Virus record (IMG/VR): IMGVR_UViG_3300044691_000265
Location: 1 to 62,521 of that record
DNA length: 62,521 bases
Strand: one strand, 5' to 3'
Origin: a virus
Lineage: Duplodnaviria > Caudoviricetes
Of this stretch, positions 8,355 through 16,971 are shown piece after piece. Numbering within the stretch: position 1 is the stretch's first letter; every line of letters starts with the position of its first letter. Below the pieces are notes generated by a model that searched no databases, was not told the origin of the DNA, and saw only the letters and a program-made list of their open reading frames with translations. Made by a program: the position numbers and the translations under genes.

Positions 8355-9464
8355 TCCATGAACGCGGCTATGAACGCGCTCGCGGGCCTCGGGTCGATGG
8401 CATTGCCGAAGGCGCGCAGTTTAGCCACGCGGGCGGGTATCCGAGTTCCCAGCCAGCGAACTCCGGGTGGAGGGAGCCGGCGCCATTTTCCATCGGGGCA
8501 TTCGAGATATTGGCAACCGTCAACGCTTGCGACGGCAGCGGTGAACCCCCGGCTCCGAAACTCATGCTCGGTCCACCCTTCTCCCCATCCGAGGCCCGCA
8601 GCGCCGACCACATCGCGAACACGATCTCCCGCAACGGTCGGGCATTCCGGTCCAATGTCGCTTGACTGGCCGACCTGGATTTGTGATCGCTGGCCGTGGC
8701 CGTGGCCGTCGGCCAAAGGCCGAACTCGACTACTTCCCTGATCGCCCAACCCAGATCGACCTGTCGCTTCGCGCCCTCCGGCGTCTTGCCGGTCAGCGTC
8801 GTGCTGCCGCGCTTGCGGGAGCGGCCGCCATTCGGGACTGAGGTCGTCGGCCAGAGCGCCACAGCGACCGTCCGCACCACGTCCACCAGCGGCTGGCGCC
8901 CGATCGTCCGGGTGTCGTTTGCCCTGGCTTCGTTGTTCGCGCTCTGAGTGTTCTGCGCGCTCGCCGTCATCGTCGGCCACAAACCAATAGCGATCCCTGA
9001 AATGATCCGCGCCCGCGCTCGCGGCTTCGATAGGGATTGCCCCCACGGCGTAACCCATTTCTTCCAGGTCACTTCGCACGAGATTGAGCCACCGAGACGC
9101 GCCCGCAACCTGTTCTCCAAAGACCGTTGCAGGGCGTCGCTCGGCGATAAGCCGTCGGAACTGTGGCCAGAGATGGCGGGGGGTCGTCGAAGCCGAGCTG
9201 GTCGCCGGCAACGCTGAAGGGCTGGCAGGGGCAGGAGCCGGTCCAGACGGGACGGTCGTCGGGCCAGCCCGCCGTCGCGAGCGCGAGCGCCCAGCCGCCG
9301 AGCCCGGCGAAGAAATGGACATGTCGATACCCGGCAAGGTCATCTGCTCGTACATCCACGATGCTCCGCTCGTCGACATCGCCGGCCGGGATGTGTCCGG
9401 CCGCGATCAGATTTCTCAGCCATTGAGCCGGGTAAGGGTTGATTTCGTTATAATAGACGCTCAT
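8342..9464 (-). pseudogene. C5 DNA cytosine methyltransferase, alpha chain, frameshifted (+1 at G6 run 9178-9183)
   Basis: HFFAGLGG and GSCPCQPFS in one frame; FGEQV, HFRDRYWFV and LRAFGNAI in another; span 1123 nt = 374 codons + 1. Confidence 0.85.
8368..9120 (-). CDS. Methyltransferase beta chain encoded in an alternative frame of the same strand
   Basis: Repeated LWPT motifs and motif-IX-like LHPEFAGWELGYP; this motif is not seen in the alpha frame. Confidence 0.7.
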   Translation of the reverse strand: MENRLRARLGGSISCEVTWKKWVTPWGQSLSKPRARARIISGIAIGLWPTMTASAQNTQSANNEARANDTRTIGRQPLVDVVRTVAVALWPTTSVPNGGRSRKRGSTTLTGKTPEGAKRQVDLGWAIREVVEFGLWPTATATASDHKSRSASQATLDRNARPLREIVFAMWSALRASDGEKGGPSMSFGAGGSPLPSQALTVANISNAPMENGAGSLHPEFAGWELGYPPAWLNCAPSAMPSTRGPRARS

Positions 9465-9643
9465 TCGTGTGCCCGCTCGTTGAGGCGCCGCGCCCGCGCC
9501 CATTCCCGCTCGACGATCGCGGCCACGCCGGTCCAGTCGTAGGGCGGCAGATGGCCCATCGACAGGGCCGCGTCGCAGATCGACACGCGCCGTTCTTGCC
9601 AATCGGCGATCTGTTCGGCGACGACGGAGCGGCGGGCGGTCAT
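9461..9643 (-). CDS. Hypothetical protein
   Basis: ATGA-coupled to both neighbours. Confidence 0.55.
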   Translation of the reverse strand: MTARRSVVAEQIADWQERRVSICDAALSMGHLPPYDWTGVAAIVEREWARARRLNERAHE

Positions 9644-10443
9644 ACGCCGCACATCCCTTCGCACTCGTTCTCGAACAGGTTCAGTTGCCCGCGGTCTTCC
9701 GCATTGGAGAAATCAACCTGATCGAGCGGTTTGCGAGACCTGTGCATGAACTGCTGGCCGCGCATATTCGAGCCGCCGTTGCGGATCAGGCGGTCAGCGA
9801 CGACCGCATCCGAAAAACTGTCCGGATCGTTGATCTTCATGTCGCGCCACATCGCGTCGTCGTGGAACGGACAGCCCTTGCAAGCGCTCTTGGGCGCGGG
9901 CCGGTATTGCCGCTCTGCCATCCATTGGACGCAGTGCCGGCGGGACATCTGCTTCTCGATCAGGATGAACCGGTTGACGATGTAGCCGACTTGGCTCGGC
10001 TTCATCCGCGATGCTTCATCGGTCGAAATGCCGATCCACATCTCGGCACCACCCTTCGGGGTTTTGCCACCCAGAAGCTCACGGACCTTTCGACGGATCG
10101 GCGTCAGTTTGTATTCCTTGGTGCATTGCCGGCGCCCCATGCCGCGCTTCCCACCGGGCGAAAGCGTGAACCAAGGCACGGCGGCGATTCGCCGCCGTGG
10201 GTCGGCCGCCTGCGCCTCGATGTCGTCGCGCAGATTACCGACCGCGACGCGATACACCGGAAACGGAAGCACGCTTTCCAAATATTCGACCTGACGATAA
10301 ACGGCGTCAGGCTCCCACCCGGTATCAGCGAAAATCGCCGCGTCCGGCATTTCATCGGTCTCGCCGCGCGCCGCCATCAGTGCCAAGGTTGTCGACTGCA
10401 CGCCGGCACCGAGGGACAGTATCCGGATCTTAGGTTCACCCAT
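9640..10443 (-). CDS. PAPS-reductase-like (adenine nucleotide alpha hydrolase) protein
   Basis: ILSLGAGVQSTTL PP-loop, FADTGWE, SACKGCPFH, C-terminal ECEGMCGV. Confidence 0.8.
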   Translation of the reverse strand: MGEPKIRILSLGAGVQSTTLALMAARGETDEMPDAAIFADTGWEPDAVYRQVEYLESVLPFPVYRVAVGNLRDDIEAQAADPRRRIAAVPWFTLSPGGKRGMGRRQCTKEYKLTPIRRKVRELLGGKTPKGGAEMWIGISTDEASRMKPSQVGYIVNRFILIEKQMSRRHCVQWMAERQYRPAPKSACKGCPFHDDAMWRDMKINDPDSFSDAVVADRLIRNGGSNMRGQQFMHRSRKPLDQVDFSNAEDRGQLNLFENECEGMCGV

Positions 10444-10444
10444 T

Positions 10445-10672
10445 TCACACCCCGGCCTGTCGGCGCCCAACGAAACTCTGCGACGTGCCGGCGAACAGCC
10501 CGTCGCCCAGCGGCACCAGCCGGCCATGGCGGATCAGCACGCGCACCGTGCGCGACGGCACCGTCTGGCCGCTGTTGAAGAAGAAATGATCGTCACCAGT
10601 CTCGGTAATCTCGAACCGCACGACGCCCTCGCGCGTGATCCGATCGAGCCACTTCAATTGCGTGTCAGACAA
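10445..10672 (-). CDS. Hypothetical protein
   Basis: Fills the gap between the RuvC-like and PAPS-reductase-like genes; start uncertain. Confidence 0.5.
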   Translation of the reverse strand: MSDTQLKWLDRITREGVVRFEITETGDDHFFFNSGQTVPSRTVRVLIRHGRLVPLGDGLFAGTSQSFVGRRQAGV

Positions 10673-11150
10673 TTCTCCGGGCCGGCGCTTTCTCGATTTG
10701 CCCAGTGCGGTAGAACCAGACGGCGGCGGCGTCGGCGGCGTTGTGGCTGTCGGGTTTGACCCCGCGTCGGATGATGGCGACATTGACGGCGTCCTTCTTG
10801 GCGTGGCCGTTCCCGCACACCGCCTTGCGCACGGTCGAGACCGCGTGCCAGGTCAGCCGCGTCTCGCGGCGGTAGGCGACCAGCGACGTCAGCGCCCGCA
10901 GTCCGAGCAGGCTTTCGGTCGCGTGCTGGCCGCGGTTCTCGACGTTGGCCAGCGTCTGTTCGGCCGCGATCTCGTCCGGGGCGAACAGCGTGATCATGTC
11001 GGCCAGCCAGTCGGCGTATGAGGCGAAATACGCGCCCTCGTCCTGGCCATAGGCCGGCAGCAGCGCGGTGCCGACCCGCGGCACGGTGCCGGGCGGCCCG
11101 ACCGCCCAGCCGACCGCCGAGCCGAGGTCGAGCGCCAGCAGCCCCGCCAC
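10665..11150 (-). CDS. RuvC-like Holliday junction resolvase
   Basis: LLALDLGSAVGWA...IAAE...VRKAVCGNGHAKKD...HNAADAAAV. Confidence 0.8.
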   Translation of the reverse strand: MAGLLALDLGSAVGWAVGPPGTVPRVGTALLPAYGQDEGAYFASYADWLADMITLFAPDEIAAEQTLANVENRGQHATESLLGLRALTSLVAYRRETRLTWHAVSTVRKAVCGNGHAKKDAVNVAIIRRGVKPDSHNAADAAAVWFYRTGQIEKAPARRIV

Positions 11151-11153
11151 CGG

Positions 11154-11729
11154 TCAGGTCACGACCGAGAGTTCGGCGCCCTCGGTCCGGCGCGGCTCGG
11201 CCGACGGCTTCGGCGCCAGATCCAGCACCATCGCCGACTGCGCCTTCATCCAGCCGTTGTCGAAGCAGACGTACAGTTCCGACGCCGGATCGTGCGGGTT
11301 ACTGTCGACCCGGTGCTCGCCGCGCTTGCCGGCCGCCTGGCCCGCCCGATGGGCGTTGTGCTTGGCATTGTCGCTCGCCACCTGCGGCGGCACGTCGGTG
11401 CCGAACAGGTCGAATTGGGTACCGATCGCGACATCCATCAGCTTCGCGATCCGGACGAAGTTTTCGAGATCGATCTGGCGCTTGATCGGGTCTTGCTTCG
11501 CCGCCTTCAGCACCTTCAGCATCGCGTCGATGTCGATGCCATCGGTTTTCGCGGCCTTGCACAGCGACCGGTAGCGCCCGCGCTCTTCGTCGTATGGGGC
11601 TTTAGCCACATCGACGTCGTCGGCCGCGGCCTGCAGCTTGCGGTAATAGCTGGCGATCGTCTCGGGATCTGGCCCATTACCGTTGCCGGCCGTCTGCGCC
11701 TCTTGCTTGGATTGCTTGCCACGCGCCAT
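11154..11729 (-). CDS. GapR/DUF2312-like DNA-binding protein with C-terminal extension
   Basis: YRSLCKAAKTDGIDIDAMLKVLK resembles GapR; C-terminus AGQAAGKRG...NPH...FDNGW. Confidence 0.5.
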   Translation of the reverse strand: MARGKQSKQEAQTAGNGNGPDPETIASYYRKLQAAADDVDVAKAPYDEERGRYRSLCKAAKTDGIDIDAMLKVLKAAKQDPIKRQIDLENFVRIAKLMDVAIGTQFDLFGTDVPPQVASDNAKHNAHRAGQAAGKRGEHRVDSNPHDPASELYVCFDNGWMKAQSAMVLDLAPKPSAEPRRTEGAELSVVT

Positions 11730-11779
11730 GGCGCTGTCTCCTGCTGGGGGGATGGCCGGGTGCCGCCGGCCGCGGGGTC

Positions 11780-12043
11780 TCAGGCGTCGAGCGCGTCGAC
11801 GATGCGGCCGATCGCCTGCAGCCGTTCGTTCAGGCCGGCGAACAGGGCTCGGGCGGCGTTCAATTCGGTCGCCATCAGCCGCAGCGCCTCGATGTCGCCC
11901 GACGAGTATTCGTAGGTCGTCCAGCGGGTCTGGCAGGCGGTACAGGTGCGGCGCCGCCGGATCGTGGTGTTGCCGGCGGGCCGGCTGTCAGTGGTGAGGC
12001 TGTTCATGCCGCCGCACTTCGGGCAGGACATCGACTTGCTCAT
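11780..12043 (-). CDS. NrdR-like zinc-ribbon protein
   Basis: CPKCG...TDSR...IRRRRTCTACQTRWTTYE; no ATP cone. Confidence 0.8.
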   Translation of the reverse strand: MSKSMSCPKCGGMNSLTTDSRPAGNTTIRRRRTCTACQTRWTTYEYSSGDIEALRLMATELNAARALFAGLNERLQAIGRIVDALDA

Positions 12044-12324
12044 GACGGCGTGTCCCAGCCCGAGACGATCTGCGCCGTCGGCGCCTTCAGCGGCGGCCCG
12101 CGCAGCACGTCCGCCGGCCAGGCGACTTGGTCCGGCCAGTGCTCGTCGAGCCATCGGACCGCCCGGTCGAGACTCGACGTCGAGCAGCCCTTGCCGTCGC
12201 GCAGCCGGGTGAACAGCGTGTGGGTCTTCTTGCCGGTGACGAGCTTGCTCAGGCTTTCCAGCGACATGCCGGTGCCGTCGCAATAGGTCTGGGCCAGTTT
12301 GAGCAGCAGCGATGCGGTAATCAT
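12040..12324 (-). CDS. Cro-like regulator
   Basis: First gene of the leftward operon, divergent from the repressor; helical HTH-like sequence. Confidence 0.65.
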   Translation of the reverse strand: MITASLLLKLAQTYCDGTGMSLESLSKLVTGKKTHTLFTRLRDGKGCSTSSLDRAVRWLDEHWPDQVAWPADVLRGPPLKAPTAQIVSGWDTPS

Positions 12325-12330
12325 GACAGC

Positions 12331-12359
12331 ATCGTGGTGTCAAAAAAAACAGGTGGCAA
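12331..12359 (-). promoter_or_regulatory. Promoter for the cro-like gene, with operator in the spacer
   Basis: TTGCCA-N17-CACGAT on the minus strand; TGT-N8-ACA at 12338-12351. Confidence 0.55.
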
Positions 12360-12411
12360 GAGCGAGATTAAATGCTAGAGTTTTAAAAACACCTAGGAGC
12401 GCATCTCAGCC

Positions 12412-12936
12412 ATGAAACCCCATGCCCTCACCCTCATCGTCGAACGCGTCGACGCCCATCTGGCCAAGAAGGGCACGACCCGGAGTGCCGCACTGAAGGC
12501 GGCCGGCGTCGGTCCGGAGGCGATCCGGCGCATCAAGGATGGCATCCAACCGCGGTTGGACACGCTCGAAGACATCGCCGTCGCGTGCGGCTGGAACGTC
12601 GGTCAGTTACTCGGCTATGTTGAGATCGAGGTCGACGTCAGCCGGGGCAACGTGACCGGCGAGCTTGATCCAGAAGTGATGGCGGCGGCCTTGCGTGCCG
12701 TCCGCCAGGTTGTCGACCTGTTGCCGCCGGAGGTAGATCGTATCCAGGCCGAGGCCGAACTGATCACGATCGCCTATGGCTTGGTCTTGGAGTTCGTCGC
12801 TGTCGGCACGTCGGTCTCGGTCGCCGAAGCGTCCGCCACCAGACGGTTACGCCGTTGGACTGTTGCCGAATTATTGTCAATCTCGAAATCCGCGTCGGCG
12901 GAGGGGAGTAAGCGCGCCAATGCGGTGCGCAACTGA
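12412..12936 (+). CDS. CI-like XRE repressor
   Basis: ALKAAGVGPEAIRRIKDGIQPRLDTLEDIA HTH; AGGAG RBS; divergent from the cro-like gene. Confidence 0.7.
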   Translation: MKPHALTLIVERVDAHLAKKGTTRSAALKAAGVGPEAIRRIKDGIQPRLDTLEDIAVACGWNVGQLLGYVEIEVDVSRGNVTGELDPEVMAAALRAVRQVVDLLPPEVDRIQAEAELITIAYGLVLEFVAVGTSVSVAEASATRRLRRWTVAELLSISKSASAEGSKRANAVRN

Positions 12937-13149
12937 CGATGCCGAGTATCAGATCTCATGGTCTAAACGTTTCCATTGAACGACGCTTCGGTTGATGCTC
13001 GTAACACTGGTGCTGCCCTTGTGCGCCCTCGTGTTCGATTCAAATCATATTCGGTTGACAGATTCTTTACAACGCGCTAGCGATGAATTGTACCCGGCTC
13101 GTTCACGCGGGAGTTCCTCCCAAGATCCAGCACCTCCTGACAGGGCAGA

Positions 13150-13202
13150 TGTTAAATTTAACAGTTTGCCCGTTGACGATGGTGTTTTTTTAAACATAGA
13201 GT
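13150..13202 (+). promoter_or_regulatory. Rightward early promoter with two operators
   Basis: TTGACG(13173)-N18-TAGAGT; TGTTAAATTTAACA (13150-13163) and TGTTTTTTTAAACA (13183-13196). Confidence 0.6.
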
Positions 13203-13230
13203 AGCGCTCGACACACACGTTGAGGGTGCC

Positions 13231-13557
13231 ATGTTGATGGATCTCACAGCCGAGCGGCCTCTATCCTCTGCCATCGTCGAGCGGGCCGAATCCGACCTGA
13301 CGTTGATTACGGCGTACCTGCGGGACCGGCTGCAGCCGCACTATCCCAAGGCGACGATCTCGATCGTCCTGCTCGGCGGGCGGGCGAGTTATTACATCGA
13401 CCCGCATGGCGATCACCGCCCGACCATCCTCTGCGGCTTCCGGGCCGCCGATGCCGAGGTCGATATGCTGCTGGACGTCCGGCCGATGACGCTCGCGGAA
13501 ATCGAACGCACGCTCGGCACCGACACCGCTTATTCGGGGAACCACCATGCCGCGTAA
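13231..13557 (+). CDS. Hypothetical protein
   Basis: GAGG RBS; first gene of the operon. Confidence 0.7.
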   Translation: MLMDLTAERPLSSAIVERAESDLTLITAYLRDRLQPHYPKATISIVLLGGRASYYIDPHGDHRPTILCGFRAADAEVDMLLDVRPMTLAEIERTLGTDTAYSGNHHAA

Positions 13558-13936
13558 CATCGCCGCCGAACCGGACCCGGTCGATCTCTATGTCGGGGCG
13601 CAGATCCGCAAGATCCGCACGGTCAAGGGTTTGAGCCAGGAAGTCGTCGCCGCAGCCTGCGGCGTCACGTTCCAGCAACTGCAGAAATACGAGCATGCCG
13701 GCAACCGCGTCAGTGCCAGTCGGCTGCACAAGATCGCCAAGGCGTTGCGGACCCAGATGGGCGAACTGCTGCCGCCGGTCGATTGGGACGGCCATGTCGA
13801 CGAGATTCCGGGCGGCTCGTGGAACAGCGACACCAGCAACGCGCTCTACGCCGCGATCAGCGGCCTGTCGCTCGAACAGCGCAAGGCGATGCTGCATATC
13901 GCCAAGGCGATGACGCCGGAAGCCGTGCCGGTCTGA
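13547..13936 (+). CDS. XRE-family HTH regulator
   Basis: VGAQIRKIRTVKGLSQEVVAAACGVTFQQLQKYEHAGNRVSASRL. Confidence 0.9.
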   Translation: MPRNIAAEPDPVDLYVGAQIRKIRTVKGLSQEVVAAACGVTFQQLQKYEHAGNRVSASRLHKIAKALRTQMGELLPPVDWDGHVDEIPGGSWNSDTSNALYAAISGLSLEQRKAMLHIAKAMTPEAVPV

Positions 13937-13972
13937 CGCCACACCAAAAAACCTGACCTGGGGAGGTCTGCA

Positions 13973-14191
13973 ATGTCCGATTTGGAAGCAACCGCACGGG
14001 AATTCTGGTGCGCGTCGAGCCTGGTTCACCACAGCAAGCCCGGCAGCATCACCCGCCAGGTGGCGCTCGGCCGCCTGATCGACGGGCTCGGCCTGGCCCG
14101 GACACCCCGGATCAGCAACCGCTTCAACCTGCTGCTGGCCGAGCATGCCGGCGAACTGGGCCTGACGCATCAGCCGCGGTCGGCGTCGTGA
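13973..14191 (+). CDS. Hypothetical protein
   Basis: GGAGG RBS. Confidence 0.65.
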   Translation: MSDLEATAREFWCASSLVHHSKPGSITRQVALGRLIDGLGLARTPRISNRFNLLLAEHAGELGLTHQPRSAS

Positions 14192-14316
14192 CGTCGGCCG
14201 CCCGGCGCCGGGGCATTCGCTGGCGCAATCGCACCCTGCGGTGCGTCTGGTTCGGTATCGCCATTCTGTTGAGTGCCGCCCTGTGGCACGCCATCCTGAC
14301 CCGGATCTTGTCATGA
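14188..14316 (+). CDS. Small membrane protein
   Basis: GTGA coupling; one transmembrane-like helix. Confidence 0.5.
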   Translation: MTSAARRRGIRWRNRTLRCVWFGIAILLSAALWHAILTRILS

Positions 14317-14486
14317 TCGGCGAACTTCATTGGATCAACGGTGCGACCAGCACTCAGGTTGAAATCCGGCATCCCTCCTCGCTGACCGTTAGCGACATCA
14401 ACGATCTCGAATTTCTTCTGGAAGCCCTGATCCGGCAATTGCGCCGACGGAACGGTATAACGGTCCCTGTGGGAGCCAAGAAATGA
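14313..14486 (+). CDS. Hypothetical protein
   Basis: ATGA coupling at both ends. Confidence 0.55.
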   Translation: MIGELHWINGATSTQVEIRHPSSLTVSDINDLEFLLEALIRQLRRRNGITVPVGAKK

Positions 14487-15514
14487 GCACCATCACCGAA
14501 CCCGGCGTCACCCACGGGCTACCGGCCGAGCGGTACCATGCCGGCGACATCACGCCCGAACCGGCGCTGTCCAGTTCGCTCGCCGTGGTGATGACCGAGA
14601 AGTGCGCACGCAAGGTCTGGCACCAACACCCGGCGCTCAACCCGAATTTCGAGCCGGTCCAGCGCAAGCAATTCGATCTCGGCGGGGCTGCCCATGCCCG
14701 CGTGCTCGAAGGCGAGAAGTTCCGCGACATGGTCGAGATCATCATCGCCCCGGACTACAAGACCAAGGCGGCCCAGACTGCGCGCGACGACGCCTATGCC
14801 AAGGCCCTGATCCCGGTCCTGGAACACCAGGTCGGCGAGTTCGAGGATATGGCGGCCGAAGTTATGGATCACCCGATCGCCGGTCTGCTGATGGCGCGCG
14901 GCCGGGCCGAGCAGTCGCTGTTCTGGCGCGACCGCAGCATGGGTATCTGGTGCAAGGCCCGGCCCGACTGGCACATCCCGGCCGACCTGGTCACGCCGGA
15001 ACTGATCGCGGCGTGCGAGTGGAGCGGCCCGGCCGCGGTACTGGTCAATTACAAGACCCACGGCGGCGACACCGACCCGGATTCGTTCGGCCGGCACGTC
15101 GGCGAGATGGCCTATGTCCAGCGCGCCGCCTGGGAGATCGAGGCGTTGTTCAACGCCACGGGCGAGCGCGTCGGGCACTACGTCATTCTCAGCCAGGAAG
15201 TGGCGCCGCCTTATCTGGTGACCGCCTACGAACTGCAGCGCAACGATCTCGAATACGGCCGGGACCGCAATCGCGTCGCGCAGATCGAGTTTGCCCGTTG
15301 CCTCGCCCAAGGCAAAGATCGTAAGTTCTGGCCGGGATATCGCACCATCGCCCAGCCCGATCGGGACACGCTGATCCCGCTCGAACTGCCGCCGTGGAAG
15401 CGGATGCGGCTCGAAGAGGACCGCGTCAAGTTCATCGACCGGCAGAAGGCGCGACGCGACGTCCGCCTGGCCGCGTCGACGTCGGCCAAAACGGCGCATC
15501 TGTTCGCGCCATGA
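14483..15514 (+). CDS. RecE/exonuclease VIII-like PD-(D/E)XK nuclease (DUF3799-like)
   Basis: YHA...LSSS...FDLGGAAHARVLE...EQSLFWRD...CKARPDW...NYKT. Confidence 0.8.
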   Translation: MSTITEPGVTHGLPAERYHAGDITPEPALSSSLAVVMTEKCARKVWHQHPALNPNFEPVQRKQFDLGGAAHARVLEGEKFRDMVEIIIAPDYKTKAAQTARDDAYAKALIPVLEHQVGEFEDMAAEVMDHPIAGLLMARGRAEQSLFWRDRSMGIWCKARPDWHIPADLVTPELIAACEWSGPAAVLVNYKTHGGDTDPDSFGRHVGEMAYVQRAAWEIEALFNATGERVGHYVILSQEVAPPYLVTAYELQRNDLEYGRDRNRVAQIEFARCLAQGKDRKFWPGYRTIAQPDRDTLIPLELPPWKRMRLEEDRVKFIDRQKARRDVRLAASTSAKTAHLFAP

Positions 15515-15647
15515 GACCAGGCGGCATGCTGAGCGGCAGGAAACCGGCCGTATGGGCCTCACAGTCCCAGGTCCAGCTAAACCGCCCCTTACGCGTCGCT
15601 GGGTCCGCGTCTGGTACAGACCCAGCAGCCCTTTCCTGAGGAACCCC

Positions 15648-16853
15648 ATGTCCGATCCCTATGGCGACAGTGCGCCCGCAATTCTGTTCGAGGAAGCCAG
15701 CCGGGTGAATTCCAAGGTGCTGATGGCGGTCATCGGCACGTCCGGCACCGGCAAGACGCCGATCGCGCTGGCGCTGGCCCGCGGCGTCATCGGTCCGGCC
15801 GGCAAACTGTGCGTCATCGGCACCGAAGGCGACCGCGCGCTGTTCTATGCCGACCGGGTCAAGTTCTTCCATGTCCGCATGCTGCCGCCCTACACGCCGG
15901 ACCGGGTTGCCGACCATGTCGAGGCCGCCGTCAAGCAGGGTGCCGACGCGATCGTGCTCGACAGCGGCAGCGACGCCTATGAAGGCATCGGCGGCGAGCG
16001 CGACATGGCCGACGCCTCGTCGCTGCAGGCGCCGCTCAACTGGGCCTTCCCGAAGGACCGCTACCGCAAGATGATCCAGCGCTTCGTCAACGTGCCGGCG
16101 CACATGTTCATCACCTTCCGGGCCGACGAGAAGATCGAGATCATCGACGATCCCGACAAACCGATGAAGAACGGCAAGCCGCAGAAGAAGATCATCCCCA
16201 GGGGCTGGACGCCGATCTGGGACAAGCGGACGCCCTATTGGATGCAGATCTCGCTCATGCTGGTGCCGGCCGCCAACCTGGGCGACATGGCCGAGCGGCG
16301 GTTCTATCGCTGTGACGACGACATTCGCCAGATCTTCGAGCGGCCGGGCCGGATCGACGAGCAGATCGGCGCCGAACTGGGCGCCTGGCTCGCGACGGGG
16401 ACCGCGACCGACCGTCGCACCGACGGGTTGCGCGGCGAGGCGATCGAGGCGGCCGGCGGCGGGACCGAGGCGCTGAAGCTGTTTTGGGACCGGTGCTCGC
16501 GCGACGACAAACTGGCGCTGAAAAACGACATGGCGGGCCTGAAGAGCGCCGCCGAGGCGGTCAGCGCCGAGCGCGCCCGCGTGGCCGCCGAGACCGACCC
16601 CGACGAGCCCGATCTGCGCGTGTCGCCCGCGTTCTGGGACCGCCAGTCGTACGAGATCCCGGTGCTGTTCAATGATTGGAACGACTGGCGGGGCCTGGTC
16701 CGGGCGCACGCCGCCGCAGCCCCGAACGGCGAGTGCATCGACAAGCTGCGCGACGACAATACCGAGACCCTGGCGGCCTATGGCGCCAGGGACGCGCCCG
16801 GCTACCGCGAATTGCTAAAATTCATCTCAAACCTGAGTCAACACACCGGTTAA
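15648..16853 (+). CDS. AAA ATPase (Sak4/AAA_24-like recombination protein)
   Basis: Walker A GTSGTGKT, Walker B IVLDS; follows the exonuclease gene. Confidence 0.8.
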   Translation: MSDPYGDSAPAILFEEASRVNSKVLMAVIGTSGTGKTPIALALARGVIGPAGKLCVIGTEGDRALFYADRVKFFHVRMLPPYTPDRVADHVEAAVKQGADAIVLDSGSDAYEGIGGERDMADASSLQAPLNWAFPKDRYRKMIQRFVNVPAHMFITFRADEKIEIIDDPDKPMKNGKPQKKIIPRGWTPIWDKRTPYWMQISLMLVPAANLGDMAERRFYRCDDDIRQIFERPGRIDEQIGAELGAWLATGTATDRRTDGLRGEAIEAAGGGTEALKLFWDRCSRDDKLALKNDMAGLKSAAEAVSAERARVAAETDPDEPDLRVSPAFWDRQSYEIPVLFNDWNDWRGLVRAHAAAAPNGECIDKLRDDNTETLAAYGARDAPGYRELLKFISNLSQHTG

Positions 16854-16971
16854 ACTCGAAAAAAGCGAAACAAATCAAGGTTTATTGCGTCGCAGCATCT
16901 GTATTTTCCAGTTGATCATCCGGCCGGAATCGGCGCAGGTTTTGCGTCTGACCGTGCAACGGAGGATAGCG

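Noticed and set aside
15520-15590. Hammerhead/HDV ribozyme or tRNA
   Set aside because: CTGAGCG does not fit CUGAnGA; no HDV L3 motif; no TTC T-loop or cloverleaf spacing
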